64,000 nucleotides of DNA from an uncultured Thermodesulfobacteriota bacterium (GCA_964472295.1 CAYYJQ010000007.1:302-64301); one strand, 5' to 3'. Positions 51,306-62,283 are shown, numbered from the stretch's first letter. Notes: generated from the sequence alone by a model not told the origin. Numbers and translations: made by a program.

Positions 51306-51430
51306 TTCCGGCCCCTGGTATCTCAGCCCCCGGCCGCACCCGCGCCCCCGGCCTCTACCGCTCCCCCCCACCATTCGCTCCCTTTGCCCCTGACTTGGCC
51401 CCCTTTGGCAACCCTCGACTCCCCCTGCCA
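51300..51430. repeat. C-rich (G-rich on transcribed strand) tract between rseP and tsaB
   Basis: GCCCCCGGCCGCACCCGCGCCCCCGGCC...CTCCCCCCCACC...CCCCCTTTGG. Minus strand carries more than 6 runs of G3-G7. Confidence 0.5.
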
Positions 51431-52732
51431 TCAGCTGAATATGCGGAAGATGTCATTGTATGTGACAAGGACCATGAGGCTTATTATAAGGGCTATGCCA
51501 ATCTGTTGCGCTATGCCCATGAAACGCTCGCTCAGCGGTTTACCCTTTATGGACTCAACGGCAATAAACATGATATGGCCGCCATCGAGCACGGGTATTG
51601 GAAAGAGGTTTATGATACCTAACTGAAGACTCAGGAAGGCCACGAGCGATAGTATGTCCGAGAGCCCCTCGTGTGCGGCGCGCCCGGCGACCTGCGCAAT
51701 CATGATGGGTCCGCCGAGGGTCTTAAGGGAATACTGACCGACTATCAGGCCCTTTATCACGACAAAGAGTTTCTCCGTCATCTGCACCGATGCCGAGAGC
51801 CCCTTTGTGATGGATTCACCAACGCCGTACTTCTTGAGGGCCCGCTCCTCCTCGCGTGATACGCCTATCAAGAAGCGCTTGCCGTCATCAGCGGGTTTGG
51901 GCGTTATATCCACTGAAAAGGTCTTTTCTCCCCTCTTGATGGTAAAGCGCTTACTCGCGGCGTCCTTGCTCACAAGAGATTCGAGCTCTAACCAGTGCGT
52001 TATCTTCGTCCCGTTCACGGCCAGAATCTCGTCACCTGGCCTGAGCCCGGCCTTGAAGGCAGGAAAGTCCTTGTTTATGAAACTTATTACAGGCGGCATG
52101 GGCGGAAGGACGCCGATGGTTCCAGCGCCTGTCTTTTTTGATGTTTTTGGGTTGAGTGTGGCCGATACCACGGCTCCGTCCCTCTTTATGGAGAGCCTCA
52201 AGGAGCTCGATGGGTTCATGGCCGTGATTGCCATAAAGTCCTCCCATGTGGGGATCTCGTTGCCGTCAACAGAGCGTATTATATCGCCTTTTTTCAGACC
52301 GGCTTCTGCGGCGGGGCTATCGTTAAAGACATAGCCCACCTCGGCGGGCCTCTCAAGATAGGCAGGTATCTCGATGCCTATTATGTAGATGAGGGGCAGG
52401 AGGATAAAGGCAAGAACCAGGTTCATAATGGGCCCGGCGCTCACTATGGCGGCGCGAACAAGGGGAGGTTTTCCTGTAAAGGACCTTTTCCTGTCTTCTT
52501 CTGATATTTCCTCGCCAGGGACCTCGCCCACCATCTTCACATAACCGCCCAGGGGCAGGAGGCTCAGCATGTACTCGGTCTCGCCCTTTTTCACCCCTAT
52601 GAGTTTTGGGCCAAAACCGAGAGAAAACTTTTCAACCTTGATATTGCTGAGTTTGGCTACTACGAAGTGTCCGAATTCATGAATAAAGACGAGTACGCCA
52701 AGTACTATTACAAAGGATACGACTGTAACCAT
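51431..52732 (-). CDS. rseP: RIP zinc metalloprotease RseP (site-2 protease)
   Basis: HEFGH motif, PDZ domains and LDG motif. 433 aa. Confidence 0.9.
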   Translation of the reverse strand: MVTVVSFVIVLGVLVFIHEFGHFVVAKLSNIKVEKFSLGFGPKLIGVKKGETEYMLSLLPLGGYVKMVGEVPGEEISEEDRKRSFTGKPPLVRAAIVSAGPIMNLVLAFILLPLIYIIGIEIPAYLERPAEVGYVFNDSPAAEAGLKKGDIIRSVDGNEIPTWEDFMAITAMNPSSSLRLSIKRDGAVVSATLNPKTSKKTGAGTIGVLPPMPPVISFINKDFPAFKAGLRPGDEILAVNGTKITHWLELESLVSKDAASKRFTIKRGEKTFSVDITPKPADDGKRFLIGVSREEERALKKYGVGESITKGLSASVQMTEKLFVVIKGLIVGQYSLKTLGGPIMIAQVAGRAAHEGLSDILSLVAFLSLQLGIINLFPIPVLDGGHIMFIAVESIKGKPLSERFMGIAQQIGIALIISLMVLVTYNDIFRIFS

Positions 52733-52743
52733 AAAAGTCTTAC

Positions 52744-53904
52744 CTACCTCAGATTCTTTATAAAATCACTGGCCCTTTCGCGCGCCTCCCTGTCAGCGGC
52801 AAGGACATCTTCTATGGACGTTATCCTTCGCGACGTGCATGCCGAGAGGACTTCGTCTATTACCCTGTATATATCAGTAAACCTTATATTGCCCTTTAGG
52901 AAACTCTCTACAGCCACCTCATCGGCGGCGTTCAGGACCGCAGGGGCAGTCCCACCGAGACGCAGTGCGCCGTAGGCAAGGCCGAGACATGGAAATTCCC
53001 TGGAGTCGGGCTCAAAGAACTCAAGTGAGAGGCCGTCAAGAGAGAGGGGTTCGATTACGCCATCGAGCCTCTCGGGGTATCCAAGGGCATATGCTATGGG
53101 CCCCTTCATGTCCGCGGTACCCATCTGCGAGATTATGGAGCCGTCCCTGTACTCCACCATTGAGTGGATAATGGACTGCGGGTGTATGACAACGGAGATC
53201 CTCTCAGGGGGGAGGCCGAATAGCCAGCTCGCCTCTATAACCTCAAGCCCCTTGTTCATGAGAGTAGCCGAGTCAATAGTGACCTTTTGGCCCATGGACC
53301 ACCTCGGGTGTTTAAGGGCCTCCTCAGGGGTGACGGCCTCAAGGTCAATGGATTTTTTCCCAAAAAAAGGCCCGCCCGAGGCGGTAAGGATAATGCGCCG
53401 CACATCAGCGGCCCGGTGACCCGAGAGCGACTGGAAGAGGGCGCTGTGCTCGCTGTCAACGGGCAGGATGCGCGAACCCGTACTCCGGGCCGTCTCCATT
53501 ACAAGGGAGCCGGCGGCAACCATTGTCTCCTTATTGGCAAGGGCTATGTCCACCCCAGCCTTTACGGCGGCCATTGTGGGGACAAGGCCCGCGGCGCCGG
53601 AGATGGCGGCAACGACCATGTCAACGCCTTCGAGGGTGGCGGCTGTGGAGGCTCCTTCAAGTCCATAGCCTACCCGGACCCTGCCGGGAAAGCGCCCTTC
53701 AATGAGTTTTGCGTCAGACTCGTTTCGGACCGATACATAAGAGGGGTTAAACTCTTCTATCTGCCCGATAAGGAGATCGATGTTTCTCCCTGCCGCAAGG
53801 GCCCTGACGCTGAAGCGCCCGGGGAACGCGCGCGCTACGTCAAGGGTGCTCCTGCCGATGGAGCCCGTTGACCCGAGTATGGATAGACTTTTTTTGTCGC
53901 TCAT
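52744..53904 (-). CDS. dxr: 1-deoxy-D-xylulose 5-phosphate reductoisomerase
   Basis: GSTGSIG NADPH motif. 386 aa. Conserved position upstream of rseP. Confidence 0.9.
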   Translation of the reverse strand: MSDKKSLSILGSTGSIGRSTLDVARAFPGRFSVRALAAGRNIDLLIGQIEEFNPSYVSVRNESDAKLIEGRFPGRVRVGYGLEGASTAATLEGVDMVVAAISGAAGLVPTMAAVKAGVDIALANKETMVAAGSLVMETARSTGSRILPVDSEHSALFQSLSGHRAADVRRIILTASGGPFFGKKSIDLEAVTPEEALKHPRWSMGQKVTIDSATLMNKGLEVIEASWLFGLPPERISVVIHPQSIIHSMVEYRDGSIISQMGTADMKGPIAYALGYPERLDGVIEPLSLDGLSLEFFEPDSREFPCLGLAYGALRLGGTAPAVLNAADEVAVESFLKGNIRFTDIYRVIDEVLSACTSRRITSIEDVLAADREARERASDFIKNLR

Positions 53905-53961
53905 ATGTTTGTTTTAGATGAATTTCGCAGGCTATGTGAGGCGATATAATTTCTTATTATC

Positions 53962-54714
53962 CTATATTTTAAGATGAATTACCAGAAGATAAATAGCAGG
54001 AAGAGAAAAGAGCATGCTGTCTATCCTGTCAAGAAGCCCACCATGACCGGGCACTATGGTCCCTGAGTCCTTTACGCCCGCGCCCCGCTTTATGATAGAC
54101 TCGAAGAGGTCTCCCGCTATGCCGAGGACGCCTATCACAAGGGCCGCGATTGTGGCAAGACCAGCGCCACCGAGACAGGCAAAGGCATTAAAGACAAGGG
54201 CCGCGATTATACCGGAGGTAATGCCCCCCACGGCACCCTCGATGGTCTTGCCCGGGCTGATGGAGGGAGAGAGCTTGTGTCTGCCAAGGAGTTTTCCCGT
54301 AAGATAGGCAAAGGAATCATTACACCATATGATGATAAGGAAGAAGAGAATCCAGAGCCTGCCGCGGGGTATCTCGCCAAGGAGGATAAACGTTGAGAGG
54401 GGCAGGCTTATGTAAAGAAGCCCCATAGTCTTAACCGCCGCCTCAGGGAGGGCATGACGGAGTTTCGGCGCCCTGTGGGCCGAGGCGAAGATAAAGACAA
54501 GGAGCGCGCCAGGAAGAAGAAGCGAGGGAAAGACCCTGCCCGTGAGATACACAGAGAGTGGGATGAGGAGCCCGAGAAAAGGGGCCAGCGCGCCCGCGCC
54601 ACTGCCGCGGTATATGGGGGCCGAGAGCCTGCCATACTCAAGGAGAGAGACAAGCGTAAGGGCCTCGACCACAAGGAAGACAAGAAGGGGCGGTCCATAG
54701 AGGACAAGGGCCAC
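53962..54714 (-). CDS. cdsA: Phosphatidate cytidylyltransferase
   Basis: CTP-transferase-1 C-terminal signature (PGHGGLLDRIDS). Polytopic. 250 aa. Confidence 0.85.
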   Translation of the reverse strand: MALVLYGPPLLVFLVVEALTLVSLLEYGRLSAPIYRGSGAGALAPFLGLLIPLSVYLTGRVFPSLLLPGALLVFIFASAHRAPKLRHALPEAAVKTMGLLYISLPLSTFILLGEIPRGRLWILFFLIIIWCNDSFAYLTGKLLGRHKLSPSISPGKTIEGAVGGITSGIIAALVFNAFACLGGAGLATIAALVIGVLGIAGDLFESIIKRGAGVKDSGTIVPGHGGLLDRIDSMLFSLPAIYLLVIHLKI

Positions 54715-54809
54715 TACAACGGGAATGAGTAAAAAGGCTGTGGCTACTCTTTTCAGAATACCCCCCCTGCCCTGGTTCTTGAATCGGCATTATTCACTCG
54801 GCAAAGATA

Positions 54810-55562
54810 TTAAAGGAGGGCGCCTACCTTTTCCTTCTCTTTTACAAGGCCAAAACGCCTCTCACGGCGGTGATAATCCAAGATGGCCTCGTCAAAATCA
54901 TCCCTTGTGAAGTCGGGCCAGAGAACATCGGTGATATGGATTTCAGTATAGGCCAGCTGCCAGAGGAGAAAATTGCTTATCCTGCACTCGCCGCTCGTCC
55001 TTATGAGGAGGTCAGGGTCAGGGATACCCGCCGTATAGAGGCCCTGGCTGAAAAGTTCCTCGGTTATATCCGAGGCCTTTATCTCGCCGCTCTCGACCCT
55101 CTCGGCAAGGACCCTTGCGGCCCGCGCTATCTCTTCCCTTCCGCTGTAACTTAGCGCCAGTTGAAGGTGCATCTTCTCAAAAGAGGCGGTCTTCTCCTCA
55201 AGTTCAACTATGGCCCTGGCCACCCCGCCGGGCAGGTCTTCAATATTACCAATGGCGCGAAAACGGATACTATTCTTAAGGAAGAGGTCCTCGTCTTTTC
55301 TGATATGCTTCTCAAGGAGCCTCATGAGAAAGGATACCTCCTCGACAGGGCGTTGCCAGTTCTCTCTTGAGAAGGTATAGAGCGTAAGGTATTTAACGCC
55401 CAGTTCACTGCAATAGGTAACAATGTCGCGGACAACCTCAATGCCCTTTTTGTGGCCATTAATCCTGTTAAGGAGCCTTTTACGGGCCCAGCGTCCATTG
55501 CCGTCCATTATGATGGCAATATGGCGGGGCGGGTCCAGTTGAGAGAGGTCTGCCATATTCAT
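54810..55562 (-). CDS. uppS: Isoprenyl transferase (undecaprenyl diphosphate synthase)
   Basis: HIAIIMDGNGRWA and cis-prenyltransferase motifs. Confidence 0.9.
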   Translation of the reverse strand: MNMADLSQLDPPRHIAIIMDGNGRWARKRLLNRINGHKKGIEVVRDIVTYCSELGVKYLTLYTFSRENWQRPVEEVSFLMRLLEKHIRKDEDLFLKNSIRFRAIGNIEDLPGGVARAIVELEEKTASFEKMHLQLALSYSGREEIARAARVLAERVESGEIKASDITEELFSQGLYTAGIPDPDLLIRTSGECRISNFLLWQLAYTEIHITDVLWPDFTRDDFDEAILDYHRRERRFGLVKEKEKVGALL

Positions 55563-55725
55563 AGGCCTTTAAGGATAAGGATAAAGGGCAACGAGTGAGG
55601 CGGGCAAGATAAATGTGCATTCCCTTAAGTATCGGTTCCAGACCCCCTGAACGTTCGGCCCTGCGTCACTGAGTGGCCGGGTTGCTCAGAGGCTTATATT
55701 ATACCGCAAGTCAGGCTCCAACGGG

Positions 55726-56283
55726 CTAAATTTCCATAATCTCACTCTCTTTTCTTGAGAGCGCCTCGTCGGTCTTCTTGATATAAGAGTCTGTGATGGA
55801 CTGTATCTCATCGCAGGCCCTCTTGTGCTCGTCCTGGGAGATCTCCTTATCCTTCTCGAGTTTTTTGAACCTGTCGTTAAACTCCCTGCGGATGTTTCTT
55901 ATGGATATTCTGCACTCCTCGGCAAACTTGTGGGCCACCTTTACAAGATCTTTTCTCCTCTCTTCCGTAAGCTGGGGTATATTTATGCGGATTATCTTCC
56001 CATCATTGGAAGGCGTGAGCCCAAGGGCCGAGGACTGTATGGCCTTTTCAATGGCGTTTATCTGCGATACGTCCCAGGGCTGAACCGTTATGAGCCTGGG
56101 CTCCGGGGCGTTAAGCGTGGCCACCTGGTTAAGGGGCGTAGGCGTTCCGTAGTAATCGACCATAACGGTATCAAAGATGGATACAGATGCACGCCCGGTG
56201 CGAAGCGAGGCAAACTCATGCCCCAGGGCCGAGATAGCCTTGTCCATCTTTTCTTTCATCTCTTTCATGCTCTGCCTTTCCAC
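55726..56283 (-). CDS. frr: Ribosome recycling factor
   Basis: RRF motifs (SLRTGRA, ITVQPWD). Start may be a few codons downstream of the track start. Confidence 0.9.
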   Translation of the reverse strand: MERQSMKEMKEKMDKAISALGHEFASLRTGRASVSIFDTVMVDYYGTPTPLNQVATLNAPEPRLITVQPWDVSQINAIEKAIQSSALGLTPSNDGKIIRINIPQLTEERRKDLVKVAHKFAEECRISIRNIRREFNDRFKKLEKDKEISQDEHKRACDEIQSITDSYIKKTDEALSRKESEIMEI

Positions 56284-56389
56284 AGTTCCTCCGCGGGCGG
56301 TCTCTTTTTACCCCTGGTCCAACCTTTTCTCTAACCTTTCTATCCCCCACTGCCTCTGCGCTAACCCTCAGCCATCGGGTTCTTCTTGC

Positions 56390-57109
56390 TCAGGGAGTTA
56401 CCATTGTGCCAACTTTTTCGCCGTGAGCTATGCGGATGAGGTTTCCGGGACAGCGTATATCAAAGACCATTATTGGCATCTTGTTATCCATGCAGAGAGA
56501 CACGGCAGTTGAGTCCATAACCCTGAGCCCGAGTTTAAGGACATCGATATAGCGGAGCGACTCGTATTTTACGGCCCCGGAGTCGCCCTCAGGGTCGCGG
56601 TCGTAAACGCCGTCAACCTTTGTGCCCTTGAGGAGCACGTCAGCATGCATCTCCATGGCGCGGAGCGCCGCCGCGGTATCAGTGGTAAAATAGGGGTTGC
56701 CCGTGCCCGCGCCGAAGATTACGACACGTTTTTTCTCAAGGTGCCTTATGGCGCGCCTTCTTATGTAGGGCTCTGCCAGTTCCTTCATCTCAATGGCCGA
56801 GATGACGCGTGTGATAACGCCCTCTCTCTCAAGGGCGTCCTGGAGCATGAGGGCGTTTATGACAGTTGCGAGCATTCCCACATAATCGGCAGTGGCCCTC
56901 TCCATGCCCCGCGCGCTCGATGAGACGCCCCTGAAGATATTCCCTCCGCCTATGACAACGGATACGTCTACGCCAAGGCCGTGCAGGCCGGCTATCTCGC
57001 GGGCAACGGTGGTGACAGTATTGTTGTCAACGCCGTACTCGAGCCCTCCCATGAGGACCTCGCCAGAGAGCTTTAAGAGTATTCTCTTGTATTTGAGCGG
57101 CTCGGGCAT
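56390..57109 (-). CDS. pyrH: UMP kinase
   Basis: [11 protein letters not shown]-terminus and amino-acid kinase fold motifs. Confidence 0.92.
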   Translation of the reverse strand: MPEPLKYKRILLKLSGEVLMGGLEYGVDNNTVTTVAREIAGLHGLGVDVSVVIGGGNIFRGVSSSARGMERATADYVGMLATVINALMLQDALEREGVITRVISAIEMKELAEPYIRRRAIRHLEKKRVVIFGAGTGNPYFTTDTAAALRAMEMHADVLLKGTKVDGVYDRDPEGDSGAVKYESLRYIDVLKLGLRVMDSTAVSLCMDNKMPIMVFDIRCPGNLIRIAHGEKVGTMVTP

Positions 57110-57339
57110 GGTCTCCTTTGGAAGAGGCGTATAGAGTATTTTTTTCTACTTAACGAAGGAACGCAAGGTAATGAGATTAGAGCAATCTACTTGGAGATTA
57201 AAAGAGCATATATATTTAAACCTGTATTTCAGGAGGTTAGAGTGCAAACTTGAAGCAATATATCAGGATTTGGGCCTTTCCCCTGCCATGCCCCTCCCCC
57301 TCGCCGTGCCGCCTGCCCCTTGCCGCAAAGGCAGGCAGG

Positions 57340-57987
57340 TCAGGCCTGAAGCGCCTCCACCTCCTTAAGGAGGTCCTCTTCCTTCTTCTCAAGTCCCTCG
57401 CCAACCTTGAACCTCACGAAACGCCTTACCGAGATATTCTCGCCTATCTTGGCGATGTTCTCGACAACGAGTTTCTCTATGGTCTTGTCCGGGTCCTTTA
57501 CAAAGGGCTGGTCAAGGAGGCATATGCCCTTCAGGAACTTATCGAGTTTGCCCTCCACAATCTTTTCCACTACATGGTCGGGCTTGCCCGTCTCCTTTGC
57601 CTGGTTCACGTATATGGCCTTCTCCGCCTCGATTACATCGGAGGGGACCTCGGAGCGCCTAATGTACTGGGGTCCCATGGCGGCTATGTGCATTGCGATG
57701 TCCTTGACAAGGGCGAGAAAATCGTCATTACGGGCGACAAAGTCTGTCTCGCAGTTGACCTCAAGGAGCACGCCGAGTTTTCCGCCGGGGTGTATATAGG
57801 AGTAAACAACACCCTCGGATGTAATCCTGCCGGCCTTTTTCTGTGCCGCCGAGAGGCCCTTTTCCCTGAGGTATGTGACGGCCTTGTCCATGTCGCCGTC
57901 AGTCTCGGAGAGGGCCTTCTTGCAGTCCATGAAGCCCGCGCCCGTCTTTTCCCTTAGTGCCTTGACATCCTTTGCCGAAATTCCCAT
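57340..57987 (-). CDS. tsf: Elongation factor Ts
   Basis: ISAKDVKALREKTGAGFMDCKKAL UBA-like N-terminus. 215 aa. Confidence 0.9.
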   Translation of the reverse strand: MGISAKDVKALREKTGAGFMDCKKALSETDGDMDKAVTYLREKGLSAAQKKAGRITSEGVVYSYIHPGGKLGVLLEVNCETDFVARNDDFLALVKDIAMHIAAMGPQYIRRSEVPSDVIEAEKAIYVNQAKETGKPDHVVEKIVEGKLDKFLKGICLLDQPFVKDPDKTIEKLVVENIAKIGENISVRRFVRFKVGEGLEKKEEDLLKEVEALQA

Positions 57988-58021
57988 CTTGATATTATTC
58001 TCCCTCTTCTGAATTCTTTTT

Positions 58022-58105
58022 GGAAAGTCTGATTAATTCAGACTTTCCCGCAACACAGGGATGTGTTGCCATTTTCGGCAACTGTAAGTTGCCTGAAATG
58101 TAAGG
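58022..58105 (+). repeat. Family-2 ~90-bp structured repeat, copy 2 (rpsB-tsf intergenic)
   Basis: GGAAAGTCTGATTAATTCAGACTTTCC hairpin. Second perfect hairpin GCAACACA-ggga-TGTGTTGC. Third hairpin GGCAAC-tgtaa-GTTGCC. Confidence 0.75.
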
Positions 58106-58162
58106 TTCCTTTATAAAGATACCGGATTACTGACCCGGCCTCTATAACAGATGAAGTCTTCT

Positions 58163-59110
58163 TTATGAGGCAGGCTCCCCTGCCTTTTCCGCGGGCTCTG
58201 AAGGCTCCGCAACCGGGGCCGCGGCCTCTTCTACCGGCGCTGTGGTCTCTTGTGCCTTATCCTTGTCTGCGGCCTTGCCGGCAGGCTCGGAGGCAGGCTC
58301 TTCTTTATCCACTGGAGACGCCTCGGACGAAGGCGCGGCCTCGGGAGTCTCTACTACCGTTGGACTTGCCTCGGCCACGGCCTCTTCGGCCTCTTTCTCT
58401 TCAGCCGCGCTCTGAAGGCTTGCCTCGTACATGGCCCTGCCCTCCAAGCAGGCATCCGCTATGGATGAAGAAAAGAGTTTTATGGCGCGTATGGCGTCGT
58501 CATTACCGGGTATTATAAGGTCCACCTCGTCAGGGTCGCAGTTTGAGTCAACAATGGCCACAACGGTTATACCAAGTTTGCGGGCCTCTCTTATGGCGAT
58601 GGCCTCTTTCTTCGAGTCCACGACGAACATCACGGAGGGCGGCTCTTTCATGTCGCGCACCCCGCCAAGGTACTTCTCAAGCCTGAGTTTTTCTCTCTCA
58701 AGCATGAGGCGTTCCTTCTTGGTGGTCCCGGTAAACTCCTCGCTCTCTTCGAGTTTATCGAGTTTGTTAAGGCGCGCTATGCTCTTTTTTACAGTGGCGA
58801 AGTTGGTAAGGAATCCGCCTATCCAGCGGTTGTTCACGTAGAACATTCCGCAGCGCCGGGCCTCCTCCTCAATGGATTTATGGGCCTGCTTCTTTGTGCC
58901 CACAAAGAGGACCTTTCCGCCCTTTGCTGTTATGTCCCGTATAAAGTTGTAGGAAGTCTTGAAGAGACGTACGGTCTGCTGAAGGTCAATGATGTAGATG
59001 CCGTTTCTGGCCCCGAAGATATAGGACTTCATCTTGGGGTTCCATCTCCTCGTCTGGTGCCCGAAGTGGACACCGCTCTCGAGGAGCTGTTTCATCGTAA
59101 GGTAAGCCAT
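58163..59110 (-). CDS. rpsB: 30S ribosomal protein S2 with Ala/Glu/Pro-rich C-terminal extension
   Basis: [28 protein letters not shown]-terminus. AGGAGG RBS 5 nt upstream of ATG 59110. ~70-aa low-complexity tail. Confidence 0.9.
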   Translation of the reverse strand: MAYLTMKQLLESGVHFGHQTRRWNPKMKSYIFGARNGIYIIDLQQTVRLFKTSYNFIRDITAKGGKVLFVGTKKQAHKSIEEEARRCGMFYVNNRWIGGFLTNFATVKKSIARLNKLDKLEESEEFTGTTKKERLMLEREKLRLEKYLGGVRDMKEPPSVMFVVDSKKEAIAIREARKLGITVVAIVDSNCDPDEVDLIIPGNDDAIRAIKLFSSSIADACLEGRAMYEASLQSAAEEKEAEEAVAEASPTVVETPEAAPSSEASPVDKEEPASEPAGKAADKDKAQETTAPVEEAAAPVAEPSEPAEKAGEPAS

Positions 59111-59293
59111 GGTATTCCTCCTTTTGCGGTTAAGATCCTCCGCGCCGGTGATGACATGAGCCCGCACATGCGGACACCGCAAAGAAAACGCGGCGCGTGT
59201 GTATTTAATCGTGTATTATTATCACATTATGGAAGGGGCATGCAAGAAGTTTTTTACAAAAAAGGAGGGAGCGCCGCTGAGTCATTGCCTGCC

Positions 59294-59905
59294 CTAATCA
59301 GCGGAAGTCCCGAGCGGCCAGGTCATCTCCACGCTTCCGAGGACGCTCTTTATGGTGAGATTGAGAGTAGTTGCCCCTAGGGCCGGAAGAGGGACGTTGC
59401 CGGGGACGGAAAGGCGGGGAAAACGTACTACATAGGCAGCGCTCCAGAGGTCCAGATAGGGGAAGAACTCGCCCCTCAGTGGGTCGGCCCTCACAAGGCG
59501 CGTAATGGAGAGAGGCTCGGTCTTTGTGCCCCTGTCATCCGAGAGGAATATCCTCCATGCTGAATCCTCTGCGTCAAGGTTATTAAGGGCGGCCTCCGAG
59601 GTATGGACGGAGAGAAAGAACTCGGAGTACTCCTTCGCGGCCCTCTTGTCCGTGGCAAGCATACGGGCCCTGTCCTTATCGGAGAGGCCGAAACTCCTGG
59701 CATAATAATCCCTGTAGGCAGACTTGAAAGAAGGCCCCCTGTAGGTGGCAACCACGCTGAGCCGTTCCTCAAGGCCATTAAATAACTTCGCCTCGCGCGT
59801 CCATCTCTTGAGCTCAACATTATAGCGCCTTCTTGCGCCAGTCATGGGACCGGCGCAGGAAGCGAGAAGGAGGGCCAGAAGGAAAAGCGTCAGGGCTCGC
59901 TTCAC
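59294..59905 (-). CDS. Hypothetical lipoprotein
   Basis: GTG start at 59905 gives VKRALTLFLLALLLASC lipoprotein signal. The longer track ORF would overlap the upstream gene by ~90 nt. Confidence 0.45.
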   Translation of the reverse strand: MKRALTLFLLALLLASCAGPMTGARRRYNVELKRWTREAKLFNGLEERLSVVATYRGPSFKSAYRDYYARSFGLSDKDRARMLATDKRAAKEYSEFFLSVHTSEAALNNLDAEDSAWRIFLSDDRGTKTEPLSITRLVRADPLRGEFFPYLDLWSAAYVVRFPRLSVPGNVPLPALGATTLNLTIKSVLGSVEMTWPLGTSAD

Positions 59906-59963
59906 GAGTATCCCCTGCCCTGTTTTCTTTATCCCATATTCCGCGGCCTTGCGCGCCACCTGC

Positions 59964-60812
59964 CTACTCAGCAAGCCGGAACCCCACGGTCGGCGTGAAG
60001 AGGTTGGACTCCTTGGCATGACGGTAGGTAGTGCGAAGTTTACCTGGCGGGTCAATTACAGAGCCGCCCCTTATGGTCCGCCACTCAGAGAAATCTGGAC
60101 CAAAGGGGTCTTCCTCGGGGCTGTTCTTGTAGTAATCAAAGTCAAAGTTGTCCTCAACCCACTCCCATACATTGCCGCTCATATCGTAAATCCCAAGGGC
60201 ATTGGGTTTTTTCTCTTTTCCGTAATGGACCTTGCCCTCGGAGTTGTAGGCAAACCAGCCATAGTCCTCAAGGTCATCTATGTTGTTCGTGCCGGCCCAC
60301 CTGATGTTCTTTCCCCTCTCCCTGGCGGCATACTCCCACTCCGCCTCTGTGGGCAGGCGGTAAAAACCGTCGACAAGTTTATTCAGTTCTTCTATGAAAC
60401 GGTTTGCCCAGGTCCAGTTGATATTGGTTAGCGGCATCTTTGGGTCAAGGTCAGGCTTGAAGGGAAAACCCATGACCGCCTCCCATAGGCCGTTTGTTAC
60501 CTCTGCCTCGCCGATGTAATAATCCGAGAGGCATACCTTGTGTTGAGGACGCTCATCTTCGTCGCCCTGACCAGTGAAGTCTCCCATCTCAAAACAACCT
60601 CCCTCCACATAGACCATCTTTATGGGGGGCATGTTCTTTCTTCTCTCCTCGCGTTCCTTTTTTTTCTTCTCTTCCGCCAGTTTTTTCCTCTCTGCCCTGG
60701 TAAGGGGCTTGTCGCTCAAGGGCTTGTGCTCGACCGCGAGGCCCCTGATAGGCATGAAGAGAAGTGATGACAGGATAACAACGGCAAAGATAAGGAAAGA
60801 CAACCTCTTCAT
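59964..60812 (-). CDS. Formylglycine-generating-enzyme (SUMF1/FGE-sulfatase) family protein
   Basis: Signal peptide MKRLSFLIFAVVIL. FGE-family hallmarks (RLPTEAEWEYAAR, GNVWEWVED, RGGS). Lys/Glu/Arg-rich linker. Confidence 0.75.
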   Translation of the reverse strand: MKRLSFLIFAVVILSSLLFMPIRGLAVEHKPLSDKPLTRAERKKLAEEKKKKEREERRKNMPPIKMVYVEGGCFEMGDFTGQGDEDERPQHKVCLSDYYIGEAEVTNGLWEAVMGFPFKPDLDPKMPLTNINWTWANRFIEELNKLVDGFYRLPTEAEWEYAARERGKNIRWAGTNNIDDLEDYGWFAYNSEGKVHYGKEKKPNALGIYDMSGNVWEWVEDNFDFDYYKNSPEEDPFGPDFSEWRTIRGGSVIDPPGKLRTTYRHAKESNLFTPTVGFRLAE

Positions 60813-60870
60813 AACAACATACCTCCATGAAAGAGAATTAATCTGTAAAGCCATTAGTGACTCCCATAAT

Positions 60871-62283
60871 CTACTTGAAGAGCACAAGCTGAGGGGCCTT
60901 TATCTCGTCCTCAACCTTTACGGGGTATCTCCCCGTGAAGCAGGCGTCGCAAAAGCCCACGTCCTGGCCCACGGCCCTGTAGAGGCCCTCGAGGCTCAGA
61001 TAGCGAAGCGTATCCGAGGTGATGTAGTTGTTTATCTCCTCGATCTTGTGGCTCGAGGCGATGAGTTCTTCTTTGGTTGGCGTGTCTATGCCGTAAAAAC
61101 AGGGCGAGAGGCTTGGCGGCGAGCTTATCCTCATGTGTATTTCTCTTGCCCTGGCATCGCGTATCATCTTTACTATCTTACGGCTCGTGGTTCCCCGCAC
61201 AATGGAGTCGTCTACAACAACCACCCTCTTGCCCTTGATGACCTCCTTCACGGCATTGAGCTTGAGTTTTACTCCAAAGTGGCGTATGGAGTCCTGGGGC
61301 TCGATAAATGTCCGGCCCATGTAATGGCTCCTTACAAGGCCCTTGTCAAAGGGTATGCCAGACTCCTCGGCATAACCAATGGCCGCGGGCACGCCAGAGT
61401 CTGGCACGGGGATGACTATATCGGCGTCCACGGGGTTTTCCTTCGCGAGCATGCGTCCAAAGTTCTTTCTTACGGCATGTACGCTCTTGCCGAAGATAAA
61501 GGAATCAGGCCTGGCAAAGTAGATAAGTTCGAAGATACAGTGCCTGGGGTCCTGTTTCTTGAAGGGCTTGTAGGAGGTAAGCCCCTTTTTATCCATGACG
61601 ATTATCTCGCCCGGCTCCACGTCCCTTATGTATGTGGCCTCGATTAGGTCAAGGGCGCAGGTCTCAGAGGCGACTACAATTGAGTCACGGAGCCTTCCAA
61701 GACAGAGTGGCCTGAAGCCGGAGGGGTCGCGGGCGGCCACCATTGTGCCCCTGTCCGTGAGAAATACGAGCGAAAAAGCGCCCTTCAGTTTGCCAAGGGC
61801 AAAGGTTATGCGGTCTATGAGGTTCCGTTCCCTGCACGAGGCCATGAGGTGCACAATGGTCTCGGTGTCCATGCTGGACTGGAATATGGAGCCATGTGCC
61901 TCGAACTCGGCGCGTATGAGGAATGAATTTACGATGTTTCCGTTATGGGCTACTGCGATGCCGCCGCGGGCGTACTCTACGATAAAGGGCTGTGCGTTCT
62001 TTATGTGGCTCTCCCCGGCAGTGGAGTAGCGCACGTGACCAATGGCCGAGGAGCCGGAGAGCCCGGCGATGCTCTCATTATCAAAGACATCGGCCACAAG
62101 GCCCATGCCCTTGTGAGAGTACATGCGCGTGCCGTCGCTTGAGGCAATGCCAGCGCTCTCCTGCCCCCGGTGCTGAAGACCGTAGAGGCCAAGATAGGTG
62201 AGGTTGGCGGCCTCGGCGTGACCGTAGACGCCAAAGACCCCACACTCGTCGTGAAAACGGTCGTCGCTTTCGTGAATATCCAT
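60871..62283 (-). CDS. purF: Amidophosphoribosyltransferase
   Basis: N-terminal Cys (ECGVFGV) glutamine amidotransferase class II, PRT domain and C-terminal Cys cluster. Confidence 0.92.
   Translation of the reverse strand: MDIHESDDRFHDECGVFGVYGHAEAANLTYLGLYGLQHRGQESAGIASSDGTRMYSHKGMGLVADVFDNESIAGLSGSSAIGHVRYSTAGESHIKNAQPFIVEYARGGIAVAHNGNIVNSFLIRAEFEAHGSIFQSSMDTETIVHLMASCRERNLIDRITFALGKLKGAFSLVFLTDRGTMVAARDPSGFRPLCLGRLRDSIVVASETCALDLIEATYIRDVEPGEIIVMDKKGLTSYKPFKKQDPRHCIFELIYFARPDSFIFGKSVHAVRKNFGRMLAKENPVDADIVIPVPDSGVPAAIGYAEESGIPFDKGLVRSHYMGRTFIEPQDSIRHFGVKLKLNAVKEVIKGKRVVVVDDSIVRGTTSRKIVKMIRDARAREIHMRISSPPSLSPCFYGIDTPTKEELIASSHKIEEINNYITSDTLRYLSLEGLYRAVGQDVGFCDACFTGRYPVKVEDEIKAPQLVLFK

Noticed and set aside
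57300-57340. GC-rich hairpin immediately after the tsf stop as an intrinsic terminator (also a weak hairpin 22027-22060 after rel)
   Set aside because: Stems are present but neither is followed by a U-tract on the transcribed strand. They are left uncalled as terminators.
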